Origin: the human T2T-CHM13v2.0 reference genome, Homo sapiens
Direction: 5' to 3' (one strand)
DNA: 64,000 nt
Assembly: GCF_009914755.1 (NCBI RefSeq)
Contig: NC_060925.1
Part shown: positions 46,585 to 62,910 of the stretch, piece after piece
Layout of the letters: each line of letters begins with the position of its first letter
Numbering within the stretch: position 1 is the first letter of the stretch
Notes under the pieces: model-generated
What the model was told of the DNA's origin: nothing
What the model saw: the letters and a program-made list of their open reading frames with translations, nothing else
The model's database searches: none
Program-made: the position numbers and the translations under genes

Positions 46585-46883
46585 TATTTATTTTATTTTT
46601 TTTGAAACGGAGTCTCACTCTGTCACCAGGCTGGAGTGCAGTGGTGCCATCTCAGCTCACTGCAACCTCTAACTCCCTGGTTCTAGTGATTCTCCTGCCT
46701 CAGCCTCCCGAGTAGCTGGGATTACAGGCATGTGCCGCCACACCCAGCGAATTTTTTGTATTTTTAGTAGAGACGAGGTTTCACCATTTTGGCCAGGATG
46801 GTCTTGATCTCCTGACCTGGTGATCCGCCCACCTTGGCCTCCCAAAGTCCTGAGATTACAGGCATGAGCCACCATGCCCAGCT
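46585..46883 (-). mobile_element. AluSc-like
   Basis: Alu consensus. Confidence 0.92.
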
Positions 46884-47294
46884 TATTTATCAGAACCTCT
46901 AGGGGCCCTGTCTCCCGGTCCCCTAGGCTGCGCTGGGGGCTGGCAGCTGTGCATCTTAGGGCCAGGTGCCTCCTCAAGGCTCCGTCCAAAGGACTAGCTA
47001 TGGAGTCTGTGCTGGGCCCCGCAGACCGCTTTTTTGTGGGGACTCTTGAGCAGGTTCTGACACACTCTGCCTCTACCTAGGCATGTGTCCTGTGTGTCTC
47101 TTCTCCTTAGATTCCGAATTAGGGCGCCTCCACCCCGCCTCTCCCCTTCTTGGTTGCTGATCAAGGCTACCAGAAAGAACAGAGTGAGATGTCCCCAGGT
47201 GAGGTGGGATGAGGGTGGGATGAGAAGGTACGATGTTTCCGCCACCTCTTGGCCAGACTGGGACCTCTTCCCTTTCACATCAGTTTCCCTGGTT

Positions 47295-47430
47295 GCAACC
47301 TTCCCCCGCCCGCCGCCCCCGCCTTTCAAAAGAGCACATATGCGCAGGCGCACACACGGCCTGGAAAATCTCCTGAGTCTGCAGTGCTGAGTTTCCAGGC
47401 CCCCATCCAGGGGCCGGGTGGGCGGCTCTG
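47295..47430. promoter_or_regulatory. Promoter-like CpG patch with an NRF1 site and GC boxes (candidate PTPRVP upstream promoter)
   Basis: TGCGCAGGCGCA 47341-47352; ccccgcccgccgccccc ~47303-47320; the PTPRVP ATG exon has its own splice acceptor, implying an upstream non-coding exon. Confidence 0.5.
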
Positions 47431-48520
47431 AGGTTTGGGGCTAGGTGGAGCGGGGGAGGAGCAAGCAGCCCCTGGCTGTGGCCTGAGCAGGGAGCTGGGC
47501 TGAGCTGGTCTTGGAGGCAGGCTTGTCCTCCCTGCTGGGGCAGGCCCAGGAGAATCCAGCTACCACAGAGGCTGCGTTGGTGTTCAGACTTCTATACCTG
47601 TGTGTTTTCCACACATCCCCTCTCCCCACTACCTGAGTTTGTTCTGAGTCCTGGGCTTCACTCCCAGGGCCCAAAGCCTTTTCTTCCATTCTCACTCCTC
47701 ATCCTCAGCTGTCTGTAGGTGGGAGCACCTGGGTGAGCAGCTCGGGGTGACTCAAGGGCTCTAGTCAGGAGTAAAGCAAAGCCCCAAGTTCATTATCTTT
47801 GAGGCCAGGCCTCAGGCAGGCTTGCCTGGGTTCCAGCAGTGCCCAAAGCCAGGTGGGGGTTGGGAGGGGCAGGGGAACCAGGATGGACGCTGCTGATTCG
47901 GGGAAAAGAAGTGGGGGAAGGCAAGCAAAAGTCCCAGGTACTTGAATTGCTCCTCAGAGGATTCCCAGCTGAGAGGACCCCAATTTGGGAGGTTTGGAGC
48001 AGGGTCTGCCATCTCTGTTCTATGGAGTCCGAGGTCCCAGGTTCAAGCCCAGCTTTTCTGTTCAGACACTTGGGCTCTTCCCCTCTCTGGTTATCAGCTT
48101 CCTCATCTGGCAGTGATGAGGTGGGACCAGAGGAGGCCCAAGGGCCAGGTGGGCTCTAGATCTACAATTGCTGTGACTCAGCAGCCAAAGTATGTGCTTC
48201 TGTCCACAAGAGCGTGGTACCACATGGATATACAAAAGGAGACACACACTCAGCTGGCCATCCACCTAGGACACAGGAACACACATCCACATGGTGTCAC
48301 CAAGACCACACGCACCCCCACAGAAACACTATCTATCTCGCACTCGGTGATGGAGTCAACAGACACTGTGCCCCTCCTCCAGAGCCAAGGAGTGGGACAG
48401 CCAGCTGCAAATGTGTCCATTTGCAGAGCCACCTCTCCTCTTGGTCTTCCCCAAGAGCACAGGACACTTTCCTCCCTGGAGAGCTGAGGGCTGGGAGTGG
48501 GCTACAGGTAGGGGAGGCAT

Positions 48521-49310
<790 letters not shown>

Positions 49311-49969
49311 GCATCAGGAAGAGGTGGGCTTGTCTGCAGCCTGAGAGTCACAATCCCTTTCCACCTTCTGGGCCTGGAGCCAGCCTCCGCCTCTCTCCCT
49401 TCAAGAGCCTTGCCAAGGCTGGAGAGAGCGGGGGTCAGGCTCTGGGGCTAAGAGGCAGCCCCTTGCTTTTGCTGCCTGCTGCCTGCTGCCTGCTTGTGCT
49501 TGAAACTCTGCCCTTCCCACCCATGCCCGCCTTCCTTGCCTGCCAGCAAGCAAGGCAAGGTGGGCTAGGGGACTGGCTCCTCCCCTTGCTGCCTCCCAAC
49601 TTTACTCTGCAGCTATCAGGATGAGGCTCCCAATCCTGTTCGCTGCCCTGCTCTGGTTCCGGGGTTTTCTGGCAGAGGTAAGGTGGGCATGGGGGAGCAG
49701 GCCAGCGGGTGGGGTCCCCGCTCTCCAGGGCACATCCAGATCTCCCAGCGCTCCTCGGGACCCCACAGCTGGTCTGCATTAGGCGAGGAGAGGCCACTCC
49801 CTTTCCACCAGGGCCAGCACGTGGCGCAGCGAGCGAGAACAGATTGCTCCAGCCTGCCTGGAGAACAGATGCGCCATGGGCATGCTTCCGGGAGATGCCC
49901 CTTGGCCATGTGTGGGGCTGTCAGACACGGCAACAGAGCCTTCTCTTGGATCCTGGCCCTGCCCCACCA

Positions 49970-50126
49970 CCCAAAGTGCTGGGATTACAGGCGTGAGCCA
50001 CCGCACCCGGCCTCTTCCTTCTTTAATCTGGTGTCTGAGGAGTTTTGTCTGCGGCTCGTCCTGCTACAGCATCAGGAAGAGGTGGGCTTGTCTGCAGCCT
50101 GAGAGTCACAATCCCCTTCCACCTTC
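49970..50126 (+). repeat. 157-bp direct duplicate of 49212-49368
   Basis: Alu end + LTR2 end + unique flank; ~5 mismatches. Confidence 0.95.
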
Positions 50127-51790
50127 CACCAGTAGCCTTCCCAGAGGCCTCTGTCCATTTCCCCAACTCTCTGCCTCCTTTCTTCCTGCAGGAGGAAGCA
50201 TGCCTCTCCCTGGAAGGGAGTCCAGGCAGGGAGAGTGCAGGTAGGTGTCTTCAGCGGGGGAGGGAGTTCTGGGGGTGAAGAGTCGGGGGTGTGAGGCCAA
50301 TTTTTCCACACCAGACCCTGGCTCTACCCTGGCTTTTTCTTTTTTTTGGCCTTCCATTCTTCTTTAAGGCAGAAAGGCTGTTAGTGGGTTCTGAAAGCAC
50401 CTCCTTTTCCCCAGGCCCACCCCTGAACGTGAACATCACCAGCCAGGGGAGACCTACTAGCCTCTTTCTGAGCTGGGCAGCCCCGGGGCCAGGCAGGTTC
50501 ACCCATGCCCTCCGCCTCACATGTCTGAGCCCCCTCAGCTCTCCTGAAGGGCAGCAGCTCCAGGCCCACACCAATGCATCCAGCTTTAAGTTCCAAGATC
50601 TGGTGTCAGGGGGTCGCTACCAGCTGGAAGTGACTGCCCTGCGACCCTGTGGGCAGAATGTCACCATCACCCTCACTGCTCGCACTGTATGAGGGCTGCA
50701 GGCTGAAGGGGCGGGGTTGTTGCCTGGGGTTGGGGCAGGAGGTGGCTGCCCTGGAGTGCTGGCAGGGAGCGCAACTTCTCTGTAGATCATGTCTAGTACA
50801 GTGACCTATTTAGGAGCACTACAGGCAGAGCGGTGATGCCCCTGTGGCACTGACCTTGGTGTCTCTGTCTTCCGCTGATGCAGCCCCGTCAACTGTCCAT
50901 GGACTGCAGCTCCACATTCTGGGAGCCCATCCAGCCTGGAGGCCTCATGGGGTGATGCCCCCGGGAAGCAGGATGGCTACTGCCTTCTCCTCTACCACCT
51001 AGAATCCCAGACATTGGCACATAATATCTCCATGCCCCTGGGCACCCTGTCCTACAATTTTGGCAACCTCTTGCCAGGTATTGAGTATATTTTGGAAGTT
51101 AACACCTGGGCTGGCAACCTCCAAGCAACAACCAGCCTCCATCAGTGGACAGGTAAGGTGGGCACTTGGGCAAGGCCCCGGGTGGCAGCCAATCTGGGAG
51201 TGGTGGGAATGGTGGAAAGTCCAGAGCCTCATAGCCAGCCATGTTCCAATGTGCCTGGGCTTCTGTGCTCCCTAGTGCCAGGGTCCCTGCCAGCATCCTG
51301 CTCCAGGGGCCTTTCTTGAGCCTGACATTTTCTCTCCATCCTTCCTCCAGCCCCTGTGTCTCCAGATCACCTGGTACTGCATACCCTGGGCACCAGTGCC
51401 TTGCAAGCCTCCTGGAACGGCTCCAAGGGGGCTGCCTGGCTCCACTTGGTGCTCACAGACCTCCTAGGTGGCACCAATCTGACTGCAGTATTCAGACGGG
51501 GAGTCTCCCATCACACCTCCCTTCACCTGTCTCAGGGCCCCCCCTATGAGCTGACGCTCAGTGCTGCTGCCAGGCCCCATCGGGCAGTGGGGCCCAATGC
51601 CACAGAGTGGACCTGTGAGTGCCTGGGGGTAAAGGAGACACAGCTGAGACTTCCCATCTCTTCTCCGTGGGTCAAGTAGCCAGGATACAACTGGCGGGGC
51701 GGGGGGGTGTCTTTGGAGGCTCAGAGGGAGTGTGCCTCCAGTTGGCTGGTGGTGGGTACCTATCTGAGGGGATGATGGTGGTGACAGTAG

Positions 51791-52159
<369 letters not shown>

Positions 52160-53876
52160 TGTGCTAAGCACCTTCTGTGTATTGTTTCATTGAATCCTCA
52201 GAACAGCCCTATGTAAGTCATATTATCCCCATTTTATGGCGGAGGGAGCTGAGGTTCAGAGAGAGGAAACCCAACCTTTCCTGCGTAGCCTGTGCGTGGG
52301 TGAGCTGACCTGAACCTGGGTTGGATGCCTGCAGAGCCCATGTAGGCTTTGCCATGGCTTCACTGACTTTTTACTTAGAGAAGCCCCATTGTGCAGTGGT
52401 TGAGGGCAGACAAACCAGACTGCCGTGTTCTGAGTTTTGTTTCTGCCACCCAGTGGCTATGCATCTCTGGACAAGTGCTTACCCTCTTTCTGTGTTAGTT
52501 TCCACATGTGGTATTCAGAACCATGCTGGCAGGTGCACATTTAATCACTTGATGTGTTTATTTCTGTTATTGTCCGTGGCCAGATGGTAGCAGCCAGATG
52601 CCGGTGTTCATCCAGAATGTGGCAAGTGGTGGCCGCTAACACTGGGACAAGGCGTGGCCCAGTGCATAGGGAATGAAGCCGGCACAGAACCAGTGGGATT
52701 TCTCCCCTCCGCTGTTTAGGTCTTCCTGCACATATTTCTTTATTTTCTCCACAGATACCTCTGCCCCCCCTCGACCTGGTTTGACTCCCCTGCCCGCCAA
52801 GCTCTGGGCAAGCTGGAAGGTAGGGCCAGGTGTGCAGGATGACTTCCTGCTGAAGTTAAGTGGGCCAGTGGAGAAGAATATCACTCTAGGCCCTGAGGCC
52901 CACAATGTCACATTCCCAGGGCCCCTGCCCACTGGGCACTATGCTCTGGAGCTGAAGGTCCTAGCGGGGCCATATGACGCCTGGGCCCAGGCCAGTGCCT
53001 GGCTGGACGGTGAGTCCCCGCTGGTAGGGAGCAGGGCAGTATCCTGCCCAGGGGCATCTGCATCCAGAGGCAGGTGAGGTCTCACTCTCTGGGGCCTGTC
53101 TCGCCTCCAGATTCCGCAGCCAAGTCCAGACAAGGCAGTGGTGCCAAGCGGCAGCTGGATGGGCTGGAGGCCTCCAAGGAGCCCGGGAGACGGGCCCTGC
53201 TCTACACAGAGGGAAACCCGGGCCTCCTTGGAAACATCTCTGTGCCACCTGGTGCCACCCACATCACCTTCTATGGGCCAGTGCCTGGGGCCCGCTACTG
53301 TGTGGACATTGCCTCATCTCTGGGAATCATCACTTACAGCCTCATGGGCCACAAAAGTGAGTGCCAGCCACTGTGTTCCCTGGCCCTGCAGCTGGAAGGC
53401 CTTGCCAGGGGAGGGAGGTCAGAGCAGGAGAGAGACTCAGAAGAGCTGGGCAGGGGGCACCAAAGGGCTGCAGGCAGTGTATGGACCCCTCACCAAACTG
53501 CCCTTCTCTTCAGGTCCCCTGGCACCACAGTCCCTGGAGGTTATCAGCAGGGGTGGCCCCTCTGACCTGGCCATTGTCTGGGCCCCAGCACCAGGACAGC
53601 GGGAAGGCTACAGGGTCGCTTGGCACCAGGAGGGCAGCCAGAGGTCACCGGGCAGTCTTGTTGACTTGGGCCCGGACAATTCCAGCCTGACTCTGAGGAG
53701 TCTGGTGCCCGGCTCCTCCTATGCCATGTCAGTGTGGGCCTGGGCAGAGAACCTTGGCTCTAGCATCCAGAAGATCCACCCCTGTACTTGTGAGTTCCTG
53801 GCTGCAGCCTGTGAGAGGCCAGCCCCAGGTGGTGGGCTGGGGGACTGGCATCCTCTACTCTGCACTTCTGTGTGCC

Positions 53877-54448
53877 ATATATATATATGTTTATATATCT
53901 ATAATTATATATTATATATAATTATATATTATATATAATATAATTATATCTATAATTATATATTATATATAATATAATTATATATCTATAATTATATATT
54001 ATATATAATATATATTATATATAATATATAATTATATATAATTTATATAATATAATATATAATATATAATTATATATAATTATATAATATAATATATAAT
54101 ATATAATTATATATAATTTATATAATATAATATATAATATATAATTATATATATTTATATAATATAATTATATATAATATATAATTATATATAATTTATA
54201 TAATATAATTATATATAATATATAATTATATATAATTTATATAATATAATTATATATAATTATATATTATATATAATTTATATAATATAATTATATATAA
54301 TATATAATTATATATAATATATAATTATATATAATTATATATAATATATAATTATATATAATTTATATAATATAATTATATATTATATATATTATATATT
54401 ATATATAATATTATATATAATTATAGATATATAAACATATATATATAT
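53877..54448. repeat. AT-rich (TATAA/TA)n tract with perfect terminal inverted arms
   Basis: Almost purely A/T; 36-bp arms at 53877-53912 and 54413-54448. Confidence 0.95.
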
Positions 54449-55084
<636 letters not shown>

Positions 55085-55194
55085 TTGTGTGCCATATTCT
55101 TGACTCAGAAGGCCATGAGTACAAGATGAGGCCTTTCATGAATCTATTTGCAAGCAATTTCTACCTCCTTCCATCTGGTTAGCTATATACCCAC

Positions 55195-55357
55195 CATCTA
55201 TCCACTGTCCATCCATCCATCTATCCATCCACCATCCATCCATCCATCCCACAATTATTTAATGAATGACTCCCATTTTCTTGGCATGAAACCAGTTGCT
55301 GAGGCCAAAAATGATGAATAGTCCTCAGTGCCTCAGGAAGACAAGTAAACAGATGGC

Positions 55358-55390
<33 letters not shown>
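55195..55390. repeat. (TCCA)n at ~55195-55248 and (TG)n at ~55361-55389
   Basis: Read directly. Confidence 0.9.
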
Positions 55391-55396
<6 letters not shown>

Positions 55397-56650
55397 ATTT
55401 TATATATCATAATACCTGTTAATGCACTAATTGGAATGTGCATAATGTATTAGCTTGAACCATATGAAACTCCATTCCTATTGGTTAAAATGGCTGAATC
55501 TCAGGAATTTTATGTGGTTCAGTCTAATCTTCTAGGACTCACAGAAGGGACACCTGCTTAAAAAGTCAGAGGAGGTTTCCCGGAGAAGAGTGAGCTGAGT
55601 GAGAGCAGGCTGGTGGGGGGCAGGGTGGGGTCCTGCCCAGGGTCATCTGCTGGGGCTGGGGAGGATGGGTGGAGAGGACCTTAGCAGGAGGCTAAGTGTG
55701 CACCAAGGTCCTCAGGCCAGAGACAGACTGGACGGGAACTGAACGTCAGCAGGTGAGCTGGAGACCGGGGCCCTAAGAGGTGTGACAGGGTTGGCGCCAT
55801 GCCCTCAAGGGGCGGACAGTCAGGGAGGAAGCGGGGCAGCAGGTGTCTGGGCAAGCATCTGTTTAAGAGGGTTTCCTGGGAAGGAAAGGAGGGTGGCCTT
55901 TGAGCCCTGTGGAAGTGGGGGTTTTAGGTGGGGAGGGCTGGGAGCTTGCCTGGAGACTGAGGAGATGGGTGTAGCTCATGGGGAGGAGAGGCAGGGAATT
56001 CAGGTGACTCCACATCTGTTTCTTCCTTGTCCTTCCCCCAGTCCCTGCTCCTCCTGCCAACTTGAGCCTGAACCTTGCCACCCAGCCTCCTGCCCTGAAG
56101 GCTTCCTGGAGTCCCCCACCAGTGGGGGAGGGATGGCTTCCAGGTGCAGCTTTATAGCCTGAGGCCTCTGACTCTGGAAAGGGCGGACACTCTGGCCGCA
56201 GAGGTCCAGAACTTCTCCTGGGCCTAGCTGTCACCGGGCACTGAGTTCCTGGTGCAGCTGACCACCCTGCGGGGGCTGGATCAGAGCAGCAGCACCAACG
56301 CCACAGGCTGGACACATGAGTGCCTTCTGATGGCCCTCCCCTACCTTGCTCCTTGGATTCCCAGGGGGCTGCATGTCCCCTTGGCCTCTGTGGTCTTCAG
56401 GCAGGCAGCTGGGCTGATGGTGGGGCATGTATCAGCTTAGGGTTGTTCCCTCGGTCCCTAGGCACTAGGTAACCCCACTCCCCTCACTGGGACTCCCCCA
56501 GGGCCCTGGCCCTTTAGGCCTTCTAGAAGGTGGGCAGATCCTTCTTAGAAGGCGTTTGCTCACTTGTACGGCGGCACTGGGCATGATATTCCTCATGCTC
56601 TCTCATGGCTGGCAGTAGGGAGGTGGGTGGTAGTGGGCCACAAGTGGTTA

Positions 56651-56890
<240 letters not shown>

Positions 56891-57572
56891 TCATAACAGC
56901 AATAGCTAGCGTTTACTGGGCACTCAGCCAGGTCTTCTACCTGTGTGCTCTCATTAAGTCTCATAACACCAAGCCTAGGACGTAGTTACTATGGTTTTCT
57001 CTGTTTCACAGATGAGGAGACTGAGGCAGAGAGACAGAAAATAACTTGCGCCAGGTTCCTCAGCACAGTGGGGAGTTGGGATTGAAGCAGGCAGTGTGAC
57101 CAGCTCCATGCTCCTTGCCTTTACTCAAGTGCAGGACACACAGTGAGGTTTTCTCCTACCCGGAAGCCCTGGGGGCCTGTAGAGTTGGTTTGGGAAGCCC
57201 CTCTCATGAGGCCTGAGTCTTCCTGCTCTTTCTGCCTGCGGAGCCCTTGGTGGAGCTGAGGGATAGATGGGCCTCCCCACCCTGAGCGCATCCCTCTCCA
57301 ATGTGGTGGCTCCTTCTACCCCTACCCTGGGCCTCCCCTCCCAGCCTCCTCCTGCCCCTGTCACTGTTGTCTGGATCTTGCCTGGAGTACAGGCTGGGAG
57401 GGAGCTGGAAGGAGGTCACCCTGGAAGTCAGGAGACCTGGGTTCTAGCTGGGGCTCAGCCCCTAGAGCAAACCTTGGCCCTCTTTGAGCCTCAGTGTCCC
57501 CATTTATAAAGAAGTGTTGACTTTTGGGCCAGGCTCATGTGGCTCCTGAGTTCAAGTGAGTTCAAGCTCTGA

Positions 57573-58251
<679 letters not shown>

Positions 58252-61229
58252 TAAGGGTCTTTAAAAGCTCCTTTGTGCAGGGGCTGGGAGAAGGGACACA
58301 GTTTAACACTCATGCTGCCCAGCCTAGCTCTGCCTTGAGAGGGGTGGGATGTGGCGAGAGTAAGTGATTAGTTCATCTGTTCAACTCAGGCTTAGCCTGG
58401 ACTCTGCTGCCTGGGGTCAGTGGCAGGCCCTGCTTTCCAGTGGAATCCTGGGCTCACAGGATGCCCTGAAATGGTGTCTCTAGCTCCTGGGTGTTTCTTG
58501 ATAGGGCCAAGGATGGAGGGAGAAATTGGGGTTCTTTTGGAGAGGGGGGAGCCAGAGATTTAGTGTAGATCGTTTCTCCCTTTTCTCCACACCCTCCACA
58601 TCTTGCTCTCCTCGCAGGCCCGCTTGCCCCTCCTCTGGTAAATGTGACGAGTGAAGGTCCCACCCAGCTCTGGGCATCCTGGGTCCATGCCCCCAGGGGC
58701 CGAGACAGCTACCCGGTGACCCTGTACCGGGCAGGCACCAGCGCCGTCGGAGCCAAGGTGGCCAGCACAAGCTTTTCAAGTCTGACTCCAGGCACGAAGT
58801 ACAAGGTGGAGGTTGTCACGCAGGCTGGGCCCCACCACATTGCAGCAGCCAACACCTCTGGCTGGACCCATGAGGCATGGGGAAGGCAGCGATGCAGGAG
58901 AGGTGAGCAAGGCTGCCTCAGAGAGCCCCGGGTCTTCCCTCAGTGGTGCCCCCTTTAGCCCATTTTCCATCTCCACACCCCAGGGCCCTGCAGGGGTCAG
59001 CAGGCCCTGGCATCAAGCATGGGGCTCTGAGGACTGGGGCTGGCGGCCTGGCTGATTGTTCTTCCTCCCTCCTTCCCTCCTTCTGTAGCCCTGCACACAC
59101 CCAGTGAGTTGGTGTCCATGCATGCGAGCACCGCTGTGGTCAACCTGGCCTGGGCCAGCAGCCCCTTGGGGCAGGGGATGTGCTACACCCAACTCTCAGA
59201 GGCGGGGCACCTCTCCTGGGAGCACCCTCTGGTGCCAGGCCAAGCCCACCTCATCCTGAGGGGCCTCACACCTGGATGCAACCTCTCCCTGTCAGTGCTG
59301 TGCCAGGCAGGGCCGCTGCAGGCGTCCACTCAGCGCGTGGTACTGCTTGTTGGTATGCTGACGTCAGCGGCGGGGAGGACGAAGGTGCCCTGAGATGCAG
59401 GTCTGATTCAGGTGGGCAGCACTGCCCGCTCGACTCTGAGCCACTGCTCTCTCCAGATGGATGCTGCACCCACTCTGCTCGGGGTTATGCCCCTTACGCT
59501 TCTCCAGGTGGGCAGTCATGTCCAAAGGAGATGTTTTTCCGCCTGGCTGATATCCCTTTCCATGGGCATAAATGTCCAGTCCCTCTATGCCTGCGGATTT
59601 CGAGAGCCCTTCACCCAGAAGCCCTGCTCATGGGGGTGCACTGACCCCCACCCAATGCAGAGCCTTTTGATTCCCACAGAGCCTGGCCCTGTGGAAGATG
59701 TGCAGTGCCAGCCTGAGGCCACCTTCCTGGCCCTGAACTGGACAGTGCCCGCCAGGGATGTGGGCACCTGTCTGGTGGTGGCAGAGCAGCTGGTGGCAGG
59801 AGGGAATGCTCACCTTGTGTTCCAGGCCGACACCTCCAAAAATGCAGTCCTGTTGCCCAACCTGGTGCCTGTCACTTCCTATCACCTCAGCCTCGCTGTG
59901 CTGGGCAGGAACGGTCTGTGGAGTCGGGTGGTCACTCTGGCATGTTCCACATCTGCCGAGGGTAGGCAGCTTCTGCTGCCTCTGAGGCCCCCTCAGTTCC
60001 GTGTCTTCCTGGGGATGTCACTCCTCTAGTCCTGGCTGCCTGGGTTTTTCTCTGTTCCCCAGGGCCCAGCCCTTTCCTCTGGCCCTGATCTTGCTAGTTT
60101 GATACCATAGTTTTGAGCCTTGTGTCCTGGTACCCTAGCCCAGGAACCTTCTAGTCCTTATTTAATTATATCCATTAGCCCAAAGTGTTGGGATTACAGG
60201 CGTGAGCCACTGCACCCAGCCTTGGTTCGTTAGCCCCAGGCACTGGGGCTATGAAGGCATGGTCCCTGCCCTTGAAGATGGGTTGCTAGGCACCCAGTCA
60301 GGTCCTCACTCTCCTCTCCATCCCCAGCCTGGCATCCCCCAGCGTTAGCCCCGGCCCCTGAGCTGGAGCCTGGGACAGAAATGGGAGTGATGATCCCGCG
60401 GGGTATGTTTGGCAAGGATGATGGGCAGATCCAGTGGTACGGCATCATTGCCACCACCAACATGTCACATGAGTCCTGGGCCTAGGAGGGGATGGGGAGA
60501 CCCTAGCCGTGGCATGGAGTAGGTGATGATGGGGGTTAAGATGGGGACTGAGACTGGTAAGATGAAATATGTGAGGCTGGTGTCAGTCTCGGAGCAGAAA
60601 GGGGGACCAGAACGTTCTGGAGGAGAGTGCTAATATGAATGGTGGGTACACGATAGAGAGATAGGGTAGCCCCTCTGTGGCAGGAAGAGAGGCCTCGGCC
60701 CCACTGCCCACCCTGCTCTTCCCGTTCCCCACTCCTCTCAGTGCCTCAGCCTTCCTGGGAAGCCATCAACCACATGTGGCATGACCACTACTACAGAGGA
60801 CATGACTCCTACCTGGCCATCCTGCTCCCCAACCCCTTCTACCCGGATCCCTGGGCTGTGCCGAGATCCTGGACAGTGCCTGTGGGTACAGAGGACTGTG
60901 GCCACACCAAAGAGATATGCAACGGGCAGCTCAAGCTAGGTTCCCAGTATAGGCGAGCACTAAGGCTGAAGGGAGTGATGAAACTTACAAGTTTCATTTG
61001 TGGTTCGTAAAGAAACAAGAGATCTGGACTGACTTATAAACAGAATGCATGTGATGGTCCATTAAGTCATTTTGACTGAGCTTCCTGGCAGACAAGGCAA
61101 AAACCTGAACACCCATCTGTTACACGGTTCTTTTTTCAAAAAGGAAAGTGGAGTGTGTTGTTTCAGCTTGCCAGGGCAGTTCCCAGGATATCCAGGTACT
61201 TATTTTTTTCTTTTTCTTTTTTTATTCTC

Positions 61230-61532
61230 CTTTCCTTTTCTTTTTTTTGTTTTTGAGGCAGTCTTATTCTGTCACCCAGGCTGGAGCGCAGTGGCTGATC
61301 TCGGCTCACTGCAACCTCTGCCTCTCAGGTTCAAGCGATTCTCCTGCCTCGGCCTCCCGACTAGCTGAGACCACAGACACAGGTCAACATGCCCAGCTAA
61401 TTTTTGTATTTTTAATAGAGACAGGGTTTCACCATGTTGGCCAGGCTGGTCTCCAACTCCTGACCTCAGGTGATCCGCCTGCCTCGGCTTCTCAAAGTGC
61501 TGGGATTACAGGGGTGAGCCACTGTGCCAGGC
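61230..61532 (-). mobile_element. AluS
   Basis: Alu consensus. Confidence 0.92.
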
Positions 61533-61674
61533 TCAGGTACCTATTTCTAGAGCTTCCTCTTACTGTCAGGCACAGAAGATGGGGCTTGCTGTGAGATGGC
61601 AGATAGCATGACACGTAACCTCTGCCAAGCTTGCCCAGCCTGCCTTATTTTGTTATGGTTCTGTTCTGTTTTGT

Positions 61675-61822
61675 TTTAGGCTTTTAGCAACCTGTGGCTG
61701 TGCTTTTTAGCTTCTGTCTCTAGTAATAAGCAGACGAGGGATGAGGAAGGGGCTTTACTGGCCCAACCAGAAATGGAAACTAAGAACCCATGACTGCCTC
61801 TTCTCTCCCCCGGACACCCCTG
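61675..61822. mobile_element. Probable DNA transposon fragment (hAT-like end ggacacccctg; family uncertain)
   Basis: gagggatgaggaaggggctttactggcccaaccagaaa...; recalled as an interspersed repeat. Confidence 0.5.
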
Positions 61823-62313
61823 CCAGGGAGCGCTTGCTATCTGAGTGTCTATTGCTCGCGACCCAGATTGCTGGGAGGGACTTCACCTTATTTGCCTGCC
61901 CTTCCCCAACAAAAGGTCCTGTTTCTCTGCCCAGGTTCAGCGTTGCAGCCTTTACCAGGTACAGCCCTCCTGAGACCATTAACTCCTTCTCAGCCTTCTC
62001 GGGTAGGGTGGGCACTGGGCAAGGGCTCCAGCTGGGCCCTGGAGATGGGGAGGAGAGCTGGGAACCCTCTTGTGTGGCTCATCACCAACCAGTAGCAGGA
62101 GGGACTGAGCTTAGACTACTGGGATAACAAGTCCTGCCGAGCAGAGTGGGGAGACCCAGAGCCAGCGACGAAGGTGCTCTTGGCACCAGACTCGGCCTGG
62201 GCGAACTGAGAGTGCAGGCAGGAGAGTCTGAGGCATTGCGGTGGTCTGCTGCTGTCCACACTCACGCTGCCCCTCTATACCCGGATGCTCCCAGGCCATC
62301 CGGGCTCTAGAAC

Positions 62314-62910
<597 letters not shown>

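Noticed and set aside
49878-50206. p53 half-sites (GGGCATGCTT, AAGCATGCCT); rodent Ptprv is reported as a p53 target
   Set aside because: Isolated half-sites ~310 bp apart, as expected by chance.
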